A stretch of 64,000 nt of DNA from Phaeosaccion multiseriatum (Eukaryota > Protista > Ochrophyta, other classes): contig OZ218962.1 in assembly GCA_965112735.1 (NCBI GenBank), positions 1 through 64,000 on the forward strand. The letters are read 5' to 3'. Below, in pieces: positions 59,827-64,000 of the stretch; the first letter of the stretch is position 1; each line of letters starts with the position of its first letter. Made by a program: the position numbers and the translations under genes. Under the pieces are notes generated by a model that worked only from the letters and a program-made list of their open reading frames with translations, had not been told where the DNA came from and searched no databases.

Positions 59827-62800
59827 TTACAGCCCTCCCAGCCCCGTAGCCCCCTCCCCCTTCTCCCGTTCCCTCTGCTGCCATCCCCCTTGCTCTCCGA
59901 TCCCGAGATATCTAGCCTCGATCTCCGCCAGCGTCCGTCCCTCCCCCCGGGAAAAGCACCCCCCTGGAAGTGTCTCCTCGCCCCCCCTGGGTCCCCTCCC
60001 CCCCAGGGGCGGGTCGTAAACGATGTTCGGCACCGCCATGCCTGAGCAGCGCAGGAGCACAGAGGCGTCGCTGCTCGACATGGACAGGCCCAGGACGGAG
60101 CCCCTCCCGTCTGCTGCCATCCCACTCTCTCCCCTCTTGTCATGAGGAGCAGTGCTCACCACCACATCCCCCCCGGGGTGCGAGTGTCCCCCCTCGGGTA
60201 GAGAGGGTACAGAGAGGCTCGGCACCTCCAGTTCAGGCCACTCCTCCTCCCCCTCCACCTCCTCCTCCCCCTCTTCCTCCTTTTGCCTCTCCTCCTCATC
60301 CTCCTTCTGTCTCTGCTCCACCTGCACCTGCTCCTCGCTCTCCTCCTCCTCCTCCTCCTCCTCCTCCTCCTCCTCCTCCTCCTCCTCCTCCTCCTCCTCC
60401 TCCTCCTCCTCCTCCTCCTCCTCCTCCTCCTCTTTCTCCACCACCTCACTCTCCTCATCCTTCTCCCCCTCCTCCTCCTCTTTCTCCACCACCTCACTCT
60501 CCTCATCCTTCTCCCCCTCCCCCTCCTCCTCCTCCTCCTCCTCCTCCTCCTCCTCCTCCTCCTCCTCCTCCTCCTCCTCCTCCTCCTCCTCCTCCTCCTC
60601 CTCCTCCTGTTCTTGTCCCCGAGCATCCCGTGGCACGTCTTGCTGTCTCCCCTCTTGGTCCTGACACCTCGCACCGCCCTCTTGCTCCTCCCGCCCCTCT
60701 CGCCGGTCAGATGTGTCCGACTGCTCTTGTCCTCGCCCCTGCCGTGTGCGCAGCTCCCCCGCTGCCGCTGCGTCCTCCTCTTCTCCCTTTCCGGAGAAGC
60801 CGCTCGAACGGGCGTCCTCCCTCCCCCCTTCCCGCTGCCCCACGGAGTCAGGCTCCCTCCTTCTCCTCCTCCGGCAGGCCCATGAGCATGCTTGTGCCTG
60901 CTCCATCGCTTCCTCACTGCCTAACCCTAACCCGTGCCCCCTGCTGCCCGCCGCCGCTCTCCCCCCCCTCTGCCCATATGCTTGCTGCCGCCCACTGCCC
61001 CCTTGCCCCTGCCCATGTGCCTGCTGCTGTATCACCAACTGCTGCTGCTGCATGACAACGGCATGCAGAGCCTGTACTTGGCGCTGCAGAGCAACAATCT
61101 GCCTCTGCTGCTGGAGTAGCACGGCGCTCACTGCGGGGTCCAGACCAGAGACACGTGAGGTGCCATCATCATCCGACGTGTCCAAGGCTGTAGCGCCCCC
61201 CCCCCCTCCTCCTCCTCCTCCTCCTCCTCCTCCTCCTCTGCTACTCGCACACCCCCTGCGAGGCGTTGTCCGTCAGCGCAAGTGCGGGAAGTGCGACAAG
61301 TCGGGGCAGTCGGAGTCTCTGCATCATCATGCTTTTGCTGCCCAACAGCCTGCGGAAGGGCCGCAGGTTGGTGGTATGTGGCCTTCGAGTCGTCGCCAGC
61401 TGAGCCCTTGAAGAGAGAGCGACGCTCCTGTTGTCCCTCCCCCCTCCTCGTGTCGCCCCTTCCTGACACAAAGTGCGACGCCCTCCGCCGTGCCCCCTCG
61501 GGTTGGCGGCGCCCGTCGGGTTGGCCGTCTCCGGAGCCGCCCCCTCGGGTTTTCTTGGCCGCTGCGAGGAAGGAGGAAGTGAAGTGCGGATTCGTGGCGG
61601 GGCGGAAACACCCCAACACGGCCACCCCCCCGGGGCCCTCTGGTGTTGCCGACAAGTCGACGTCGGTGAGGAAGTCGAACTGGGAGAAGCTCAGGCGCAT
61701 GGGAGAAGCCTCCTCGCCCGCCTCGCCTCCCTCGCCCCCCTCGCCACCTGCTCCTCCTCCTACTACTACTACTACTCTTCCTCCTCCTCCTCCTCCTCCT
61801 CCTCCTCTTCTTCCTCCTCCTCCTCCTCTTCCTCCTCCTCCTCCTCCTCCTCCTCCTCTTCTTCTTCCTCCTCCTCCTCCTCTTCCTCCTCCTCCTCCTC
61901 CTCCTCCTCCTCCTCCTCCTCGACTCGGAGACCCTGCTGCCCCCCCCTTCCCGTCCTCTCTGCAGCGCACGTGGTGGAACACCACTCCGCTGCCGCCATT
62001 TGGGATGAGGGCGAGCAGGAGCGTCCAGGGGGCGGGGCTCGCGTGCGTGCGTGCGTGGCTCCCTTCGCCCCCCGGGGCAGCTTGGTCGAGGAGGTAGGCC
62101 ATGAGCCCTGCCCACACCTTGGGGTGCCGTACGTCCTCCACGCCGCTCAGCCACACTCCCACCAGGGGCACCTGCACGCACAGAGGATCCTGAGGGGGGG
62201 GAGATGGCAGTGGAAGAGTGCGATCAGGTGGGTGAGGGTGCGGGATTCCCTCCTCCACCTCCATGGGTGCCATCCGGTGCCATCCCGTAGGCGGGAGCTT
62301 AGCCTCACACTGCCACTCACACTGCCACTCACGCACTCACTCACTCACTCACTCACGCACTCACTCACTCACTCACGCACTCACTCACTCACTCACTCAC
62401 TCACTCACTCACTCACTCACTCACTCACTCACTCACTCAGTCAGTCAGTCAGTCAGTCAGTCAGTCAGTCACTCAGTCAGTCACTCACTCACTCACCGAC
62501 TCTTCCAGGAGCACCGCCCGCCTCGCCTCGTTGAGCGTGAGCACGCCGCTCGACATGGGCACGATGGGCGCGATGGACCCGTGCCCTCTCTGCCCTCTCT
62601 GCAGCTGCAAAAGGGTCTCTGCGAGGGGCGTGTGGAGCAGCGGCAGGGGCATGATGGGCGTCACCTCCAGACACACGTTGGGAAGCACCGCCTCGGCTCG
62701 GAAGCGCATGGACGTGAAGCCTGGCACCTCTGACACCTCGCACGACAACCGCAGGGGCAGCATCCGACACTCCGCCGCGTCGCCCGAGGAGCCACAGCTA

Positions 62801-64000
62801 GAGCCATAGCAGTTGGTCGTACGGCCGTGTACGAAGCTGGTCATGAAGCTTCCGTACTCCTCCTCGGACACGCGCAGGGCCGCCAGAGAGGACAGTCCCT
62901 CTCTCTCTCGCTCTTTCTCCCTCACAGGAGGTGTCCCGCCCTCCCCCCTCGGGGCAGCGCCGCCGCTCACGCCCATGACCTGCGCCGCAAGGAGGGAATG
63001 CCGCGCCTGCCCCTGACCTAAGCAAGTTCCCTGCCCCATGAGCCGCTCCGCAGCGCCGCCCGCCGCGCCCCAACACGCTACACGCGAAGTCGCCACCTCC
63101 ACCTCGGACAAGGACGAGGGGCCCGTGTCAGGGGCAGTTTCAGTGCCAGCTTCGAATACAAGCGTGTAGGCCGCCTTGCTGCGGATGGCCGCCATGCGCG
63201 GATCGTTCTCCAGACCATTCTGCAGACCGTTCTCTGCGCCCCCCCGGGCCAAGTCGCTGGTCCGGACCAGCCTCCCCGCGAGGGCCCCTGCCACTGCGTA
63301 GCGGCGCTCGTCCTCCCCACTCTTGCGTAAGGCCCCGAGCTTGTCGGAGAGGACCCGGGCCATTTGCCGTGCAGTGGCCAGGGGGAGCAACACGGCGGGG
63401 AGCACGCTCGAGGGCTGCAGACAGAGGGTGGGGCCTCTCCCCGAGGGGGTGCTGTCCCACAGAGAGAGAGTGCTGCTAGGGAAGCGGATGGAGCCGAAGT
63501 ACACGTCATTCGCATTCGCCGCCGCACAGGCTGGCGAGGCCGCCGGCCCCAGGGAGGGGGAGGGGGAGGGCCTGTCATACAGCAGGGGGAAGAGCAACAC
63601 ACTTTGAGCAACAGCTCCTACCAGCAGGGTAGCAAGGGTACAAAAGACGGCAAAGGGAAGCAGATAATGGGGTAAAGGGTAGCTGACACGGCCTCCCCCC
63701 TGAGGAGGCACCCCACTCCCATCTCCCGGGCTCACCGCTGGTAAGAAGCGGCGCCTCCCCCCCAGCCACCCCTTCCCGCCTGCGCCTCCTTGTCCCCCAT
63801 GGCAGCTCTCACGGCCCTGGCAGCCTGGAGGCCGAGCAAGATGCTGCCGCCCCTGCTTGGGCCTGCGCGGCCACATTGCCTGCTACTGCTGCTGCTACTG
63901 CTGCTGCTGCTACGGGGGGCGCCCTTCTCGGGAGCGGGAGAGCCTCCGTAGGGAGAGCCTCCGTAGGGAACGGTGAAGGGGGGGGCGGCAGAGTGCTCAC
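59827..64000 (-). CDS. STIL: STIL/Ana2/SAS-5-like centriole assembly protein, 5'-partial
   Basis: STIL_N-like 'FPSSTLSLWDSTPSG' and 'GVLTLNEARRAVLLEES|DPLCVQVPLVGVWLSGVEDVRHPKVWA'. Coiled coil 'LLQQQRQIVALQRQVQAL'. STAN-like 'VPNIVY...EIEARYL'. The window ends on a GTGAG donor, so the gene probably continues beyond it. Confidence 0.8.
62325..62496. repeat. (ACTC)n/(AGTC)n microsatellite starting at a STIL intron donor
   Basis: Direct observation. Confidence 0.9.

Overview
Left end of a eukaryotic chromosome, most likely a photosynthetic stramenopile (ochrophyte) alga. That assignment is inferred from TTAGGG telomeres, short GT-AG introns, a signal-peptide+'AF' plastid-type presequence and the gene families present. 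From the tip inward: ~6.95 kb of (CCCTAA)n joined directly to ~3.5 kb of (GAG/GGA)n, a truncated Ty3/Gypsy integrase fragment, and a probable solo LTR. Then come about 12 intron-containing genes. The most distal gene is an unusual single-pass receptor: Pmp-like beta-helix ectodomain, mucin stalk, TM helix, MLKL-NTD/HeLo-like four-helix bundle, and a TKL kinase. It is followed by a SpoU/TrmH methyltransferase, a TPR-like protein, a TTD14-like NTPase, a Vac8-like ARM protein, an anoctamin, a PCIF1-like m6A methyltransferase, an SQD2-like GT4, a membrane-anchored aspartic protease, a diacylglycerol kinase, an unknown UBA/SIM-like protein, and a 5'-partial STIL homologue. There are also two copies of a TTAA-flanked MITE and many intronic micro/minisatellites. 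All gene models were assembled by eye from splice signals and ORF translations; exon boundaries and domain names were not checked by any database search.
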